Below, piece by piece: positions 1 through 10,068 of a stretch of DNA of 64,000 nucleotides. A program made the position numbers and the translations under genes. Origin of the DNA: a virus (Duplodnaviria > Caudoviricetes); the IMG/VR virus record IMGVR_UViG_3300013121_000033, positions 64,001 to 128,000 of that record; one strand, given 5' to 3'. The notes beneath the pieces were generated by a model. It was not told the origin of the DNA. It made no database searches and was given only the letters and a program-made list of their open reading frames with translations. How positions within the stretch are numbered: position 1 is the first letter of the stretch; each line of letters opens with the position of its first letter.

Positions 1-2234
1 TCGCCGAGCGACGAATGGTGGGTGGGGTCCCAGTCGAACCCGGCGCGCGCCCAGGTGTAGCCGCCGTTCGCGCCGAGGTTCGGGTCGGAGACGGCGTACA
101 CGGTGACCTTGTCGACCCCGGCTGCGAGGTAGGCGTCGAGCGACGCGGCGAGGAACCGGGTGCCGATCCCTTGCCCCTGGTGGGCGGGGTCGATCGCCAG
201 GTCGATCTGGTAGGCGGTCGCTGCGCCGTCGCTGTCGATGTAGAAGCTGCGGTCGAACTGGCCGACCTCGACACCGTCGCTGTCCTCGATCACCCCCGAG
301 ACGACGAGTTGCCCGTTCGACAACGTCGCTTCGGTCACCTTCGACCGGACGCCGTCGCCGAGGTCGTGTTCGAGTAGCGACCTCGCCAACGTCTCGGCGT
401 GCGCGGTGCGTTCGTGGCCGAGATCGACACCCTTGTAGTCGTTGAGACTGTCGACCGGGCCGACCGCTTGGGGGAGGACCGCCCGGAGGCGTGACTCGAT
501 GGCGCGTTGTTCGTTCTCGGGGTTCGCCGGGGCTGTCTGGTTCGCGGCGGGTAGCCACTCGCGAACCCGGTTCCACCAGCGGTCACCGTCGTTGGTGCGG
601 TAGCCGGGGTCGACTTTGGCGTTGGGGTCGGTCGCGGCGAGCGTGTAGGCGAGGAGCGCGTCGGCGGCCTGTTCGCCCCGGTGGCCTGGGTCGACTTCGA
701 CCATGCGGATCGCGAGTTCGCCGTGGCCGGACGTGTAGTCGAGGTAGCCGATCGGGTCCCCGGTGACCGTGTCGTTCATCACGTAGGACGACAGGTAGTA
801 GCCGTCGATCGAGTCGCCGCCCGACGAGACGACAGTGACCGCTCGCCCATTCGGCAGCTTGAACGCCGAGACGGGTTCCTCCCAACCGGTGACGGGGTGC
901 GGGGGTTTCGTCGGCCACGGCTCACCGAACTTCGGGGTCGGCAGGTCGATGCGTTCGTCGGCGAACCCGGAGGGCGGCTCGGGCTTGACCAACGGGATAC
1001 GGTCGCGTAGCTCCCGTTCCAACGCCGGGTCGATGGGGGCGGACGGCGACTCGGGGGCGGCGGCGAGTTCGATGTCGCCGTACGCAGTGAACTCTGCGCC
1101 CTTCGGGTAGCCGCCCGGCTCGTCGCCGGTGAGATGCCCGAGGGACACCGCGCCCCGGGCGGAGACGGCTCCGTCGGCGGTGCGGGTGAAGCGTTGACCG
1201 ATGCGGTCCTCGAACTCGGCTCCGACCGGCAGGTCGGCGATGCGGTCCTGACCGAACTTGGAGCCGCCCGGGATCACGTCGCCGACGGGGCGGGGGGTGA
1301 CGGTGCGGGCGGCGTCGGGGACGGGGAGGCCGTGGCGGTCGGCCTGGTCGATCACCCACTGGTGGAGGGCTGGTTGGTGGTCGACGAGCCACTGCGGGTT
1401 GGTGTGCAGAAGCGCGTACGCTTCGGCGGTCATCTCGTCGGGATTGTCGTGGGACGGAATCCACGACGGCCCATCGGTCAGACGGTTGTAGGCGGCCTGC
1501 TTGTCCGCTGCCGGGAGCATGGCGTCGAGGACGTGCCCGGCTTCGTGGTACAGGGTTGCCCGGCGGGTTTCGGGGGGGCTCGACCAGTAGTCCGGGCTGA
1601 CCCGCAGGTAGACGTTTCCGTCGCGGTGCTCGTAACTTGCGTGGGCTCGTGCCCCGGGTTGAAGCCACCCGGGTGACCGCCCTGCGGCAACATCGGCCTG
1701 GTCGTATTGCCACGGGCGTGTCGTTTCCCAGTCGGCGATACCGAGGCGAGCGATGTCGGGGCGGAACACGTCGGCACGTTCTTGGTCCGCGGTGCGGGAC
1801 AGGGTGGGGGGGTGCCAGTTGCGGACCTCACGGAACCCGGCATCCCAAGCGTTGCGGTCGGGGCCTGCGATTGCGGGACGGTCCCCGAACGCTTCTACGG
1901 CCCACCGGGTGTCGTCGCGGAGCCCGGTGTCCCATCCGGGGGTGGAGCGGTAGTGGTCGTCGAGCAGCCTCCTGATCTCGGATCGGGCCTGGCCGTCGCC
2001 GCGGAGTAGGCGGCGGAGCAGGTTGAACGACACGAACCCGCGGGGCGCGAACTGGCCGTTGCCGGGGTCGTGCCAGTTCCCGAGTTCGTCGAGGCCGCCT
2101 TTCGCTTCGTCCTCGACGCGGCGGCGGACAGCGGCGGTGACAGGAGCGAGCAGGTCGATGACGTCGCTGAGCGGGACCCCGGCGGCGAGAAGAGCGGCCC
2201 TGCTAGCAGCGTAATCAGGGGCCGACGTCGACAC
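1..2234 (-). CDS. Large polyvalent protein, 3' end truncated by window: N-terminal VTAA/WHDPGNGQF motif, HExxH zincin metallopeptidase, two GNAT acetyltransferase domains
   Basis: Not in the ORF track because it has no stop in the window. Manual translation from GTG 2234 is open for about 744 codons: LAPVTAAVRRRVEDEAKGGLDELGNWHDPGNGQFAPRG; LYHEAGHVLD...DEMTAEAYA; IRMVEVDPGHRGEQAADALL; IDPAHQGQGIGTRFL...GGYTWARAGFDW. Confidence 0.85.
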   Translation of the reverse strand, partial: MSTSAPDYAASRAALLAAGVPLSDVIDLLAPVTAAVRRRVEDEAKGGLDELGNWHDPGNGQFAPRGFVSFNLLRRLLRGDGQARSEIRRLLDDHYRSTPGWDTGLRDDTRWAVEAFGDRPAIAGPDRNAWDAGFREVRNWHPPTLSRTADQERADVFRPDIARLGIADWETTRPWQYDQADVAAGRSPGWLQPGARAHASYEHRDGNVYLRVSPDYWSSPPETRRATLYHEAGHVLDAMLPAADKQAAYNRLTDGPSWIPSHDNPDEMTAEAYALLHTNPQWLVDHQPALHQWVIDQADRHGLPVPDAARTVTPRPVGDVIPGGSKFGQDRIADLPVGAEFEDRIGQRFTRTADGAVSARGAVSLGHLTGDEPGGYPKGAEFTAYGDIELAAAPESPSAPIDPALERELRDRIPLVKPEPPSGFADERIDLPTPKFGEPWPTKPPHPVTGWEEPVSAFKLPNGRAVTVVSSGGDSIDGYYLSSYVMNDTVTGDPIGYLDYTSGHGELAIRMVEVDPGHRGEQAADALLAYTLAATDPNAKVDPGYRTNDGDRWWNRVREWLPAANQTAPANPENEQRAIESRLRAVLPQAVGPVDSLNDYKGVDLGHERTAHAETLARSLLEHDLGDGVRSKVTEATLSNGQLVVSGVIEDSDGVEVGQFDRSFYIDSDGAATAYQIDLAIDPAHQGQGIGTRFLAASLDAYLAAGVDKVTVYAVSDPNLGANGGYTWARAGFDWDPTHHSSLG

Positions 2235-2370
2235 TGTCGGTCCCGGTGTCGGCCTGCCGGTCGGCTTCGATCTGTTCGTAGATCGAGTCGGGCGGGTCGT
2301 CAGTCGTCGCTGTCCGAGCCCAGTCCAGGTAGGCAGCGTTGACGCGCCCGAGCAGTTCCGTCCGGTCCAT
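2215..2370 (-). CDS. Small acidic hypothetical protein (51 aa, MDRTELLGRVNAAYLDW...)
   Basis: Manual translation; ATG lies 7 nt after the CATACT -10 box of the repeated late-promoter motif; overlaps the start of the next gene. Confidence 0.6.
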   Translation of the reverse strand: MDRTELLGRVNAAYLDWARTATTDDPPDSIYEQIEADRQADTGTDSVDVGP

Positions 2371-2377
2371 GCCGTCA

Positions 2378-2399
2378 AGTATGTCGGGTGGGTGTGTCA
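2378..2399 (-). promoter_or_regulatory. Putative late promoter TGACACACCCACCC-NN-CATACT
   Basis: Copy of the fixed-spacing motif; 7 nt to ATG (leaderless). Confidence 0.7.
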
Positions 2400-2426
2400 G
2401 CGCCCGCCGTACATAGTTGATGATGG

Positions 2427-2738
2427 TCAGGTGGGGATGCGGGCCTCGCGCCAGGCGATCACCGTCGGGTACACGACGGGTTCGGTGTCGGTGATGACGC
2501 CCTTGTACTCGGACAGGTTGACCGGCAGGAACGTCTCCGGGTCGAACGGGTCGGCGTCGCGTGCGGTGAAGATCAGGGGATCGTCGGAGATGTCATCGAG
2601 GTACCGGCCGACGGGGTGACCGTCGGCGTCCTTGCCGATCTCGACGACCGGACGCTGGTCACCCCACTCTTCGTACATCTGCGTGTACTCGCCGTACTGC
2701 CAGGTGCCCTCAGGGTTGGTTGGGTCGAGCGGCCTCAT
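2427..2738 (-). CDS. Small acidic hypothetical protein, coupled to the upstream giant protein (possible inhibitor/immunity)
   Basis: ATGA overlap at 2735-2738; typical codon usage. Confidence 0.7.
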   Translation of the reverse strand: MRPLDPTNPEGTWQYGEYTQMYEEWGDQRPVVEIGKDADGHPVGRYLDDISDDPLIFTARDADPFDPETFLPVNLSEYKGVITDTEPVVYPTVIAWREARIPT

Positions 2739-5700
2739 GGCGCCACCGTACCCGCCGCTGCGGCGTCTCCCATCGCTGCGACGTCCACGGGGGCGTCCGG
2801 TGCGTCCGGTGCGCCACCTCCGATGCCGGGAAGCTGCGGGGTGAACGGTTGCGTTGTCGGCGTGGAAGGTTCAGCGATCGGGACGTCGACAGGTCGGACC
2901 GGGCGGATGTAGTCGAGGAAGTACGAGAACGCCTGCTCGGCTTCACGGCTGTACCCGCGGCGACGGTGGAACTTCGGGTGGGTGACCGTCGTGTAGAACT
3001 CGGCGATCAACTCGGCGCGGTTCGTTGCCGCATAGCGTGACACCTCAGCGATGACCGACTGGTTGTCGAGGACGTACTTGATGAACCGTTCACGTTCCCG
3101 GCGGCGGGTGTGTTCGAGTTTCCCGTCGATGACGTGGCCGAACTCGTGGCGGACGAGGCCGGTGACGGAACCGTCCGCCGAGAACGTCCACTTCCGTTTC
3201 GTCGCGTCGTCGAGGAACACTCCGTCGGGCACCATGCTTTTCGCGATGGGGCCGTCGGCGGGGTCGCCGATCTCGACGATCTCGTCGCCGACTTTCGTTC
3301 GGCTGCGTAGCAGTTCCGAGACGGCCGCCCACGCCGACGCGTCCGATTCGGCGCGTGACTTGTTGAACCCGATGACGGACGTACCGGTGACAACAAACGC
3401 GATCGTGTTCGGGTCGACGCCGTGAGAGAAGTAGCCGAACACGGGGGCGCCGAAGCTGTCGACCTGCGCGGCGAGCATCGGGCTGGACGCGACTGCTTCG
3501 GCCCATGACGCCATGGCGAGGTCGTGGTCTGCTGTCGCTTCGCTCCCGAAGCGGGCTCCGAACTTGTCGACCCAGAAGTCGGACAGCCCGGCCTTCTTGA
3601 ACTGTCCCGACCCGATCTGGTCGAGACTGTTCGCGGACTGCGCTGTCGGGAACGCTGCCCCGTCAGCGAACGCGTCGATGAGCCGCTTCCGAAGCTGGGC
3701 TTCGTCCATCCCAGCGTGGAGCAGGTTCCGCTGAGGCGGAGTCAGGTCGGAGGTGGCTTCGTGGCCGACGGCGATCTGGACGTCGGACCAGTTGAAGTCG
3801 GGGTGTTGAGCGAGAGCGGTGAGGACGGCAGTGGCGATCTTGTCGACGGCGGCGGTGTCGTCGGTGACGAGCCCGTTGCCCTTGATCTGGTCCGGTTCGG
3901 GGATCGCCGCGAGGATCGCCGAGGTGACGTCGGGTCGCTGTGCTGCAACGCGGTTGGTGCGGAGTTGGTCGGTGACGCGTTCGGCGAAGTCGATGAAGGC
4001 CCCGAGGCCGCCGACCTCGTAGCCGTTCTGGACTGCCATGAGGTCCGCGTCGGTGAACCCGTCGAGCGGCGGGAACGCTCCGATCGCAGACCCGAACTTG
4101 CGTGGTTGCGCCCCCATCGACTCTTGGAGCAGGTCGAGGTAGGCGATCGTGCTGCCGATCCGGTCAAGCGCGATCTGGTCGCCGCCGCGGGCGATGGCGA
4201 TGAGGTCGGGGAGGGTGGTTTCGAGGGTGCGGTTGAACTCGTCGAGTGCTGGACGGTTCCATCCGCCTTCGAGGCCGAGGGCGCGGGCTTCGGCGACGAG
4301 GTCCGCTGCCCGTTGGGTGGTGCGGCCGAATCGTTCGAGTCGCGCCGCTGTCGCCGCGTCGCTTTCCACGGTTCCGGTGCGGCGGAGGGCGTAGCGGATG
4401 GTGCCGACCTTCTTGCGGGCTTCGCCGATCTGGCCGAGAGTGACGTTCGGGTCGCCTGCCTGCCAGCGGGCTTCGAGGGTGCGGGCGACTGCCGTAGCAC
4501 GGTTCGCCCAATCTCCGGCGGCGAGGTCCGCTGCGGACATGTTGTAGGAGCGGACGTCGAGAACGGCTTGGAACTCGGAGGCCAGAACGTTGGGGTCGAG
4601 GATCAGCCCGGTGGGGTCGATGTCGGGGGCGTCGGGGATGGCGACGGGTTCGGTGACCCCTTCGTAGCCGTACTCTGCGAGACGTTCAGCGATCTGAGCG
4701 TCGAGTGCTTTGCGGGTCTTGGGGTCGAGGGTGTCGCGTTTCTCTGCGGCGTAGTTGAGCAGTGCGTTGACGGCGAGTGCTTTGCGTCGCTCGGAGGTGC
4801 CGGACTGGAAGTTCGAACCGCGGCCGTTGCGAGTGATTCGGGCTGCTGAGCCCCCCCACTCGAACGACTGCGAGTCGGTGCCCTTCATGATCTTGGCGTC
4901 CCAGATTCCGGTCTTGCGGTCGCGGCCGACGACGACATTCGAACCGCCCTTGTAGGAGCGGGTCACGGAGAGGCCGTCGGGGAGGAGGACGGTGACAGTC
5001 GACGACTCGGGGTTGAGGGTGTAGATGATCTCGGGTGACGCGTACCGGTCCGTCGAGTACGGGGCCGGTTCGCGCCATGCCGCGGTCGAGTCGTCGAACC
5101 CGGTGTAGTCCAGCGACGCCGTATCTGGCAACGGGTCCGGCCCGTTCGGCACGTCGACTGGTTCGTCGGGTTGTGACGGGGTGACCGCGAGGGTGGTGTC
5201 GGCGCCGACGAGGTCACGGAACGTGTCGTAGGGGATCAGGGTGCCGGACCCGGAACGGACGCCGTCGGATTCTGTCGTGTAGGTCGTCCCGGACGGCATC
5301 GTGACAGTCGATCCCAACGGGAAGTCGCGGAGGCCGTCCGGGGTCGACGGGCGCGTCTCGGGGACGTCCGGGTTGGGGGCGTCCGGTTCGGGGACCGGGG
5401 CGGCGAGGTTCGCTGCGGTCCATCCGTCCTGCCACGCCTTGAGAACGTCGATGTTGGACCCGACCTCCGGGTTGAGGACCAGGTTCTTGTCGAGGGCCGG
5501 GGCGTTCGTCTTGCCATCCCGGTATGCCTGCGCGCCGAGTTGGCGGGCCTCTTCGACCGTCGTGAACGGACGGTCCGGCACTTCCAGGGCCTCGGGGACG
5601 TCCGGGGTGGTGTCAGGGACGGAGTCGACGATCCACCGGTCGCCCCGAAGGCCCTGGCTGATCGCCCCCCACCCGTCGGCCGGGGGTGACCAGATGTCGC

Positions 5701-8113
5701 CTGAGCCAACCTCCAACTGGCCGGAGTCGCCGACACGGAACGTCGTGTTGGGCAGGTCGGTGTTGCGAAACGTCGCCCCCGGGGGAAGTTCACGCAGCTT
5801 CCACGGTGGGATCGAGTCGCCCGCGTTGAACTCGGTGGATGCGTCGGGGGTGACGGGTGCTGCCGGTGCGACGTTGCTCGCGTCGGGAGTGTTGACCGCT
5901 GTCAGGTTGGAGACGTCGTAGTTCGTCGGGTCCCACCACGCCTTGTCGTCGTCGTAGAGCGCCTGGACCTGGTCATGCAGGCTGTCGTCGAGAGTCGAGT
6001 AGACGTTGCCGTCCTTGACGAGGTACATGCGACGCTGCTTCGTGAGCCGCCCGTACTCGTCGATGTTCTGCCACTGGAACTCGTAGAACCCGTCCTCTTG
6101 GAAGTTCGGTCGGACAGCCCAACCGCGGACTGCGCCGGAGCCGCCGATGTCGACCGTCGCCCGTTGCGACACGACGCCCTTCGACACGAAGTCGCGGGAG
6201 AACCTGCCAGTCGACCAGTCGCCGCCGTCGATCTTCGCTAGGTACGTCTTGGCCGTCGGCGCCTTTTTCGTGAAGATCGTTGCGATCGGAGCGATCGGCT
6301 TCGGTTCCTCGGGGGCGGCAACGTCGATCCCCTCGGCAACCCCTTTCGCTTGCGCGTCGGTGACAGCAGCGGCGAGGGCGTCACGGATGAACCCGGTGTT
6401 CGACGATGGCCCCTCGGTCGGGTCCTCGGTGGGGTTGAGGGAGCCGTACTCGGAGATGCCGCGGCCTTCGTTCCGGATCGTCCAGTCGGCCGACGTCCTG
6501 AACGGTGTCGATGTCGAGTAGCCGACGTTGCGACGGTCGAGTTCGAGCGTGGCGTCGACTTCGATCTTCGTGGTGGTGCCGTCAGGCTCGGGGATGTCGA
6601 GTGTGTAGGTGTCGGTGCGGGACTCGATCCACCGGCCTGGCTGCGACCCGACCCGTTCCCGGTCTGTGCGCCCCTTCGCCACGCTCCACCCGAGCGGCGA
6701 TGACGGTGTCGCGTCGGGTTCGGGGATGCCCGGTTCGGTGGCGGGCATCTTGTTCTTCTCGGGGAGCCATTCCTGGACGCGCTCCCACCACTTTGCTCCG
6801 TCCTCGGTCAATACGCCGGGGTTGACCTTGAGGTCAGGGTTGTCGGCGATCGTTCGCGCCAGGAGCACGTCCCCGACTTGTTCACCGTGGAACCCTGGGT
6901 CGGCTTCGACCATCCGGATGAACAACTCGCCGTCGCGGCTGCTCGACGTGTAGTCGAGGTACCCCATCCGGTCACCTGACGCCGCGTCGTACATGGCGTA
7001 GGACGACAGGTAGTCGCCGTCGATCGAGTCACCGCCGACGCTGCGAATCTCGACCTCACGGCCGGAGGGAAGCAGGACCCGGCTTTCCGGTTCGCGGTAC
7101 CCGGTCACCGGGTGCGGCGCGGCGGTCGGCCAGTCCTGACCGAGCGTGACCTGTGGGCGGTCCGGCTTGGTGATCGTGGGAACGTCCGGTTCTGGCGAAG
7201 GCGCCGTCGCTTCGGGGACGTCGGGGGTGGGGGCTTCGGGGGGCGGGTCGATCGCCCAACCGTCGCCGTCACGGCGCGGGACGTTGTCGGTGAACCTGGC
7301 CCACGCCGCTTTGATCTCGCGGCCGTCGCCGGTCGTGACGAGCGCAGAACGGTCGTCGGAGTATCGGACGTGGACGATGTCGCCCTTTGCGATCCCGTAG
7401 CGGGCGAGGTACCCGTCGGCGACTTGTGCCGGTCCGCCCTGGTCGCCTGCTTCTTTCAAGCGGGTAGCGGTGAGCGCACCGACACCGACCTTCGTGGCAG
7501 TCGTGTTGCCACGTTGCTGTGGCCGGTCGATCCGAGCGTGGGTGTCGTCCGCTGCGAAGTCGGCGAACCTCCCCCACTTCACCCGGTACTCGGACCGGCG
7601 CCCTTCGGTGTCGAACACGTCAATGATGCCGTGTTGGTCGTCGCCGAACCGGACTCGAACCGCTTGGCCTTTTCCGATCCCGAGCCGGGACAAGTAGTTG
7701 TCGCGTGCGACGAGCCAGTCACCGTCCGGCTTGCCTTTGACGTGATCGACAGCGAACAGGGACCGCATCGCTTCCAACGCGAGCGCTTTCGCCGTCGACC
7801 ACCCTGGCTTTGCGAACTCTCCGGAACCGGGGTCATGCCAGTTCCCGATGTCGTCGAACCCGCCGAGGGTGCCGTCATCGGGGACAGCGCGGCGCACCTT
7901 CCGTGCTGCGGCGGTGACGCCGGGCTGTTGCGACGGTGACCCGACCGGAGGGTTCGGGTCCGGGTCGGTCGGGTGCATCGGCATGTCGACCTGCACGTCG
8001 GAGATGCGCGCCAGGATCATCTCGGCGAGGACCGCCTCGATCTGGTCGAGTTGTTCTTCGAGCGCGTCGACCGCGCCGATGAGATCGACGGTCGACTCGT
8101 TGTCGGCAGCCAT
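2735..8113 (-). CDS. Giant polyvalent protein (~1790 aa): N-terminal VTAA/WHDPGSGEF motif, GNAT domain, Pro-rich linkers, C-terminal zincin metallopeptidase
   Basis: Start re-called at ATG 8113 (MAADNES). GNAT: IRMVEADPGFHGEQVGDVLL...TEDGAKWW. Zincin: VRHEFGHVIDG...VSRYAATNRAELIAE. Confidence 0.85.
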   Translation of the reverse strand: MAADNESTVDLIGAVDALEEQLDQIEAVLAEMILARISDVQVDMPMHPTDPDPNPPVGSPSQQPGVTAAARKVRRAVPDDGTLGGFDDIGNWHDPGSGEFAKPGWSTAKALALEAMRSLFAVDHVKGKPDGDWLVARDNYLSRLGIGKGQAVRVRFGDDQHGIIDVFDTEGRRSEYRVKWGRFADFAADDTHARIDRPQQRGNTTATKVGVGALTATRLKEAGDQGGPAQVADGYLARYGIAKGDIVHVRYSDDRSALVTTGDGREIKAAWARFTDNVPRRDGDGWAIDPPPEAPTPDVPEATAPSPEPDVPTITKPDRPQVTLGQDWPTAAPHPVTGYREPESRVLLPSGREVEIRSVGGDSIDGDYLSSYAMYDAASGDRMGYLDYTSSSRDGELFIRMVEADPGFHGEQVGDVLLARTIADNPDLKVNPGVLTEDGAKWWERVQEWLPEKNKMPATEPGIPEPDATPSSPLGWSVAKGRTDRERVGSQPGRWIESRTDTYTLDIPEPDGTTTKIEVDATLELDRRNVGYSTSTPFRTSADWTIRNEGRGISEYGSLNPTEDPTEGPSSNTGFIRDALAAAVTDAQAKGVAEGIDVAAPEEPKPIAPIATIFTKKAPTAKTYLAKIDGGDWSTGRFSRDFVSKGVVSQRATVDIGGSGAVRGWAVRPNFQEDGFYEFQWQNIDEYGRLTKQRRMYLVKDGNVYSTLDDSLHDQVQALYDDDKAWWDPTNYDVSNLTAVNTPDASNVAPAAPVTPDASTEFNAGDSIPPWKLRELPPGATFRNTDLPNTTFRVGDSGQLEVGSGDIWSPPADGWGAISQGLRGDRWIVDSVPDTTPDVPEALEVPDRPFTTVEEARQLGAQAYRDGKTNAPALDKNLVLNPEVGSNIDVLKAWQDGWTAANLAAPVPEPDAPNPDVPETRPSTPDGLRDFPLGSTVTMPSGTTYTTESDGVRSGSGTLIPYDTFRDLVGADTTLAVTPSQPDEPVDVPNGPDPLPDTASLDYTGFDDSTAAWREPAPYSTDRYASPEIIYTLNPESSTVTVLLPDGLSVTRSYKGGSNVVVGRDRKTGIWDAKIMKGTDSQSFEWGGSAARITRNGRGSNFQSGTSERRKALAVNALLNYAAEKRDTLDPKTRKALDAQIAERLAEYGYEGVTEPVAIPDAPDIDPTGLILDPNVLASEFQAVLDVRSYNMSAADLAAGDWANRATAVARTLEARWQAGDPNVTLGQIGEARKKVGTIRYALRRTGTVESDAATAARLERFGRTTQRAADLVAEARALGLEGGWNRPALDEFNRTLETTLPDLIAIARGGDQIALDRIGSTIAYLDLLQESMGAQPRKFGSAIGAFPPLDGFTDADLMAVQNGYEVGGLGAFIDFAERVTDQLRTNRVAAQRPDVTSAILAAIPEPDQIKGNGLVTDDTAAVDKIATAVLTALAQHPDFNWSDVQIAVGHEATSDLTPPQRNLLHAGMDEAQLRKRLIDAFADGAAFPTAQSANSLDQIGSGQFKKAGLSDFWVDKFGARFGSEATADHDLAMASWAEAVASSPMLAAQVDSFGAPVFGYFSHGVDPNTIAFVVTGTSVIGFNKSRAESDASAWAAVSELLRSRTKVGDEIVEIGDPADGPIAKSMVPDGVFLDDATKRKWTFSADGSVTGLVRHEFGHVIDGKLEHTRRRERERFIKYVLDNQSVIAEVSRYAATNRAELIAEFYTTVTHPKFHRRRGYSREAEQAFSYFLDYIRPVRPVDVPIAEPSTPTTQPFTPQLPGIGGGAPDAPDAPVDVAAMGDAAAAGTVAP

Positions 8114-8118
8114 GAAGG

Positions 8119-9072
8119 TCAGCCGAGCGGGAGGGCGGGCAGGTCGAACCCGAAGTCGTTGTCGGCGCTGTACGGGGTGACACCGGAACCGCCGCACGAC
8201 GGGCACCCTGCGCCGCCGCAGTCGTGGTGGCCGTAGACCTCCATGAAGAGGCTGTTGTCGAAGTCCTCGTCGGAGATGGCGACATCGGGGATGAGGTCAG
8301 CGACGAGGCTGGCCGTGACGGCTTCGAGCGCGGCGATCCGGTCGCCGAGTTCGGAAACGGGTGCGATGGGCTCCCACATGCTGTACCAGACCTCTTCGCC
8401 GGTGGTTGGGTCGAGTGCGGCGGTGACGGCGAACCGGTGGTCGAGCCGTTCCTTGCGCAGCAGCCGGGCGCCTGGACGGAACCCGGGGTTGTTCACCAAC
8501 TGTGCGCCGGTGAACTCGTGGTGGTTGAGCGACGGGATGTGCCGCCAGTCGCCTGACGTCGCACCGGACATCATCGAGATCGCATCCCACAGGGTGCGGC
8601 CCGGTTCGACAACCCCGAGAGCCATGAGGCCGACACCGGGGACGTCGTGGTAGCGGACGCGCATCTGCCGGAGCGCGGTGTCGGCGTTGTAGTGCTCGGC
8701 CGCTTCGACGGGGGACACGGACGGGTCGCGGACGACATGGGAGATCGCCCCTGCGATCGCCGCGGTTCGGATCGGTCGACCGTCGTCGCAGACCGTCTGG
8801 CCGACGTGGGAGAACTCGTAGTTCGTGACGGACTTTGGGGCGGGCCAGCAGCGGCCCGTGGGGGAACCTCCGAGAACGCATTCGCCCTCGGGTGCGACGA
8901 GGACCGCGACTCGGCCGGTGTCGGGGCCGTTGAGCTTGATCTGGATGAGGGCGCCGTCCTCGTCCCACCAGTCGGGAATCTCGTAGAACCAGTGGGCCGG
9001 GGGGAGGTGTGGGGCGGCCAGTGGAGCGTTGAGGTCCGGGACGGTCGAGGTGTCCAGCAGCACGTCGCTCAT
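8119..9072 (-). CDS. Capsid maturation protease (actinophage type)
   Basis: Motifs PPAHWF...GRV...C...C..APKS..Y...AAEHYN...SGDWR...LVNNPGF resemble proteases of cluster-B-like actinophages; downstream of portal; start re-called at ATG 9072. Confidence 0.75.
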   Translation of the reverse strand: MSDVLLDTSTVPDLNAPLAAPHLPPAHWFYEIPDWWDEDGALIQIKLNGPDTGRVAVLVAPEGECVLGGSPTGRCWPAPKSVTNYEFSHVGQTVCDDGRPIRTAAIAGAISHVVRDPSVSPVEAAEHYNADTALRQMRVRYHDVPGVGLMALGVVEPGRTLWDAISMMSGATSGDWRHIPSLNHHEFTGAQLVNNPGFRPGARLLRKERLDHRFAVTAALDPTTGEEVWYSMWEPIAPVSELGDRIAALEAVTASLVADLIPDVAISDEDFDNSLFMEVYGHHDCGGAGCPSCGGSGVTPYSADNDFGFDLPALPLG

Positions 9073-9079
9073 GGGTGAC

Positions 9080-9101
9080 ATCTTGACGGGTGGACGTGTC
9101 A
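9080..9101 (-). promoter_or_regulatory. Putative late promoter TGACACGTCCACCC-NN-CAAGAT
   Basis: Motif copy; 7 nt to the protease ATG. Confidence 0.7.
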
Positions 9102-9132
9102 TCTATCCGCCACAGCCCCCCATGTCAGGCAT

Positions 9133-10044
9133 CTATGTGGCGGTGACAGCTTTCTTGGCGAGGTAGCGGCGGTTCGCTTCGTTGGCGCAGGTTCGGCAGC
9201 GGCGTGCTGTGCCGTCGCGTTCGAGTTTGAGGTTGTCGCCGTCGAGGGGGTGTCCGTTGTTGCAGTGGGTCTTGCGGGCGTTCACGGCGGCCTTCGATTG
9301 TCCACGCAATCCGTTGTTTCGGTTCGTGGCTGGCACGGTGTGGAGCGGGTTTCCGCAGCAGGTGTTGTCGCAGAGGTGGTCGAGGGTGAGGCCGTCGGGG
9401 ACGGGGCCGTTGACGAGGGTCCAGGTGATCCGGTGGACCAGAGTCTCGCTACCTGTGTCGGGCGTGCCTGTGCTGATGCGGCCGTAGCCCTTCTCGTTGC
9501 GGTATCCCTGGTACTCCCAGCAGGACCAGAGGAACGCCCACGCCGGGGCGCCTGCGGGGAGAGCGAACTTGGCTGCCATCCGGACAGGAGTCGGCGTTCC
9601 GGGTGGCAGCCGGTTCGTCATGTCGAGCTTCGCGACCGACACGTCGCCGTGACGCTGCCATCGGGCGTAGTGCATGGGGCACAGCGGTTGCCCCTCGTTG
9701 TCGTGTCCGTTGGCCGGTCGTTCGCAAATAGCGCAAGGAACACCGAGCGGCCCGCGGCCAGGGGAGCGGCCTGCCAGCGGGTCACCGTGGCGCTGCCAAC
9801 GCAGATAGTGGCTCGCGCAGAACGGCGTCCCGTTACCGTTGCGCCGCTTCGCCAACGACTCGCACCCGTCCGCCGCACACATCGTCCCCTTCGGGAGGCG
9901 AGGCGAGCGGACTGCTATGGGTGCGGCCATGTCAGCGCCTCGGCGCTCACGTTCGGCGTGCGCGGGGCACAGCCACACCTCACGATCGGCCTTACTGCGG
10001 AACTTTCCAGGGCGTTGACACCACGGGCAGACCTTCACAGTCAA
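9133..10044 (-). CDS. Free-standing HNH homing endonuclease with N-terminal Cys/His repeats
   Basis: CWEYQG..N.KGYG, VHRITW..VNGPVPDGLTLDHLCDNTCCGNPLH, KTHCNNGH...RRCRTC; repeated C..C...C..HY.RWQRHGD units. Confidence 0.9.
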   Translation of the reverse strand: MTVKVCPWCQRPGKFRSKADREVWLCPAHAERERRGADMAAPIAVRSPRLPKGTMCAADGCESLAKRRNGNGTPFCASHYLRWQRHGDPLAGRSPGRGPLGVPCAICERPANGHDNEGQPLCPMHYARWQRHGDVSVAKLDMTNRLPPGTPTPVRMAAKFALPAGAPAWAFLWSCWEYQGYRNEKGYGRISTGTPDTGSETLVHRITWTLVNGPVPDGLTLDHLCDNTCCGNPLHTVPATNRNNGLRGQSKAAVNARKTHCNNGHPLDGDNLKLERDGTARRCRTCANEANRRYLAKKAVTAT

Positions 10045-10068
10045 CGACCATAGCCGCGCTGCATCCTG

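Noticed and set aside
550-7140. Duplicated GNAT segments and tape-measure repeats as DGR template/variable repeats
   Set aside because: Differences are not adenine-specific, both copies are coding, and no reverse transcriptase is present
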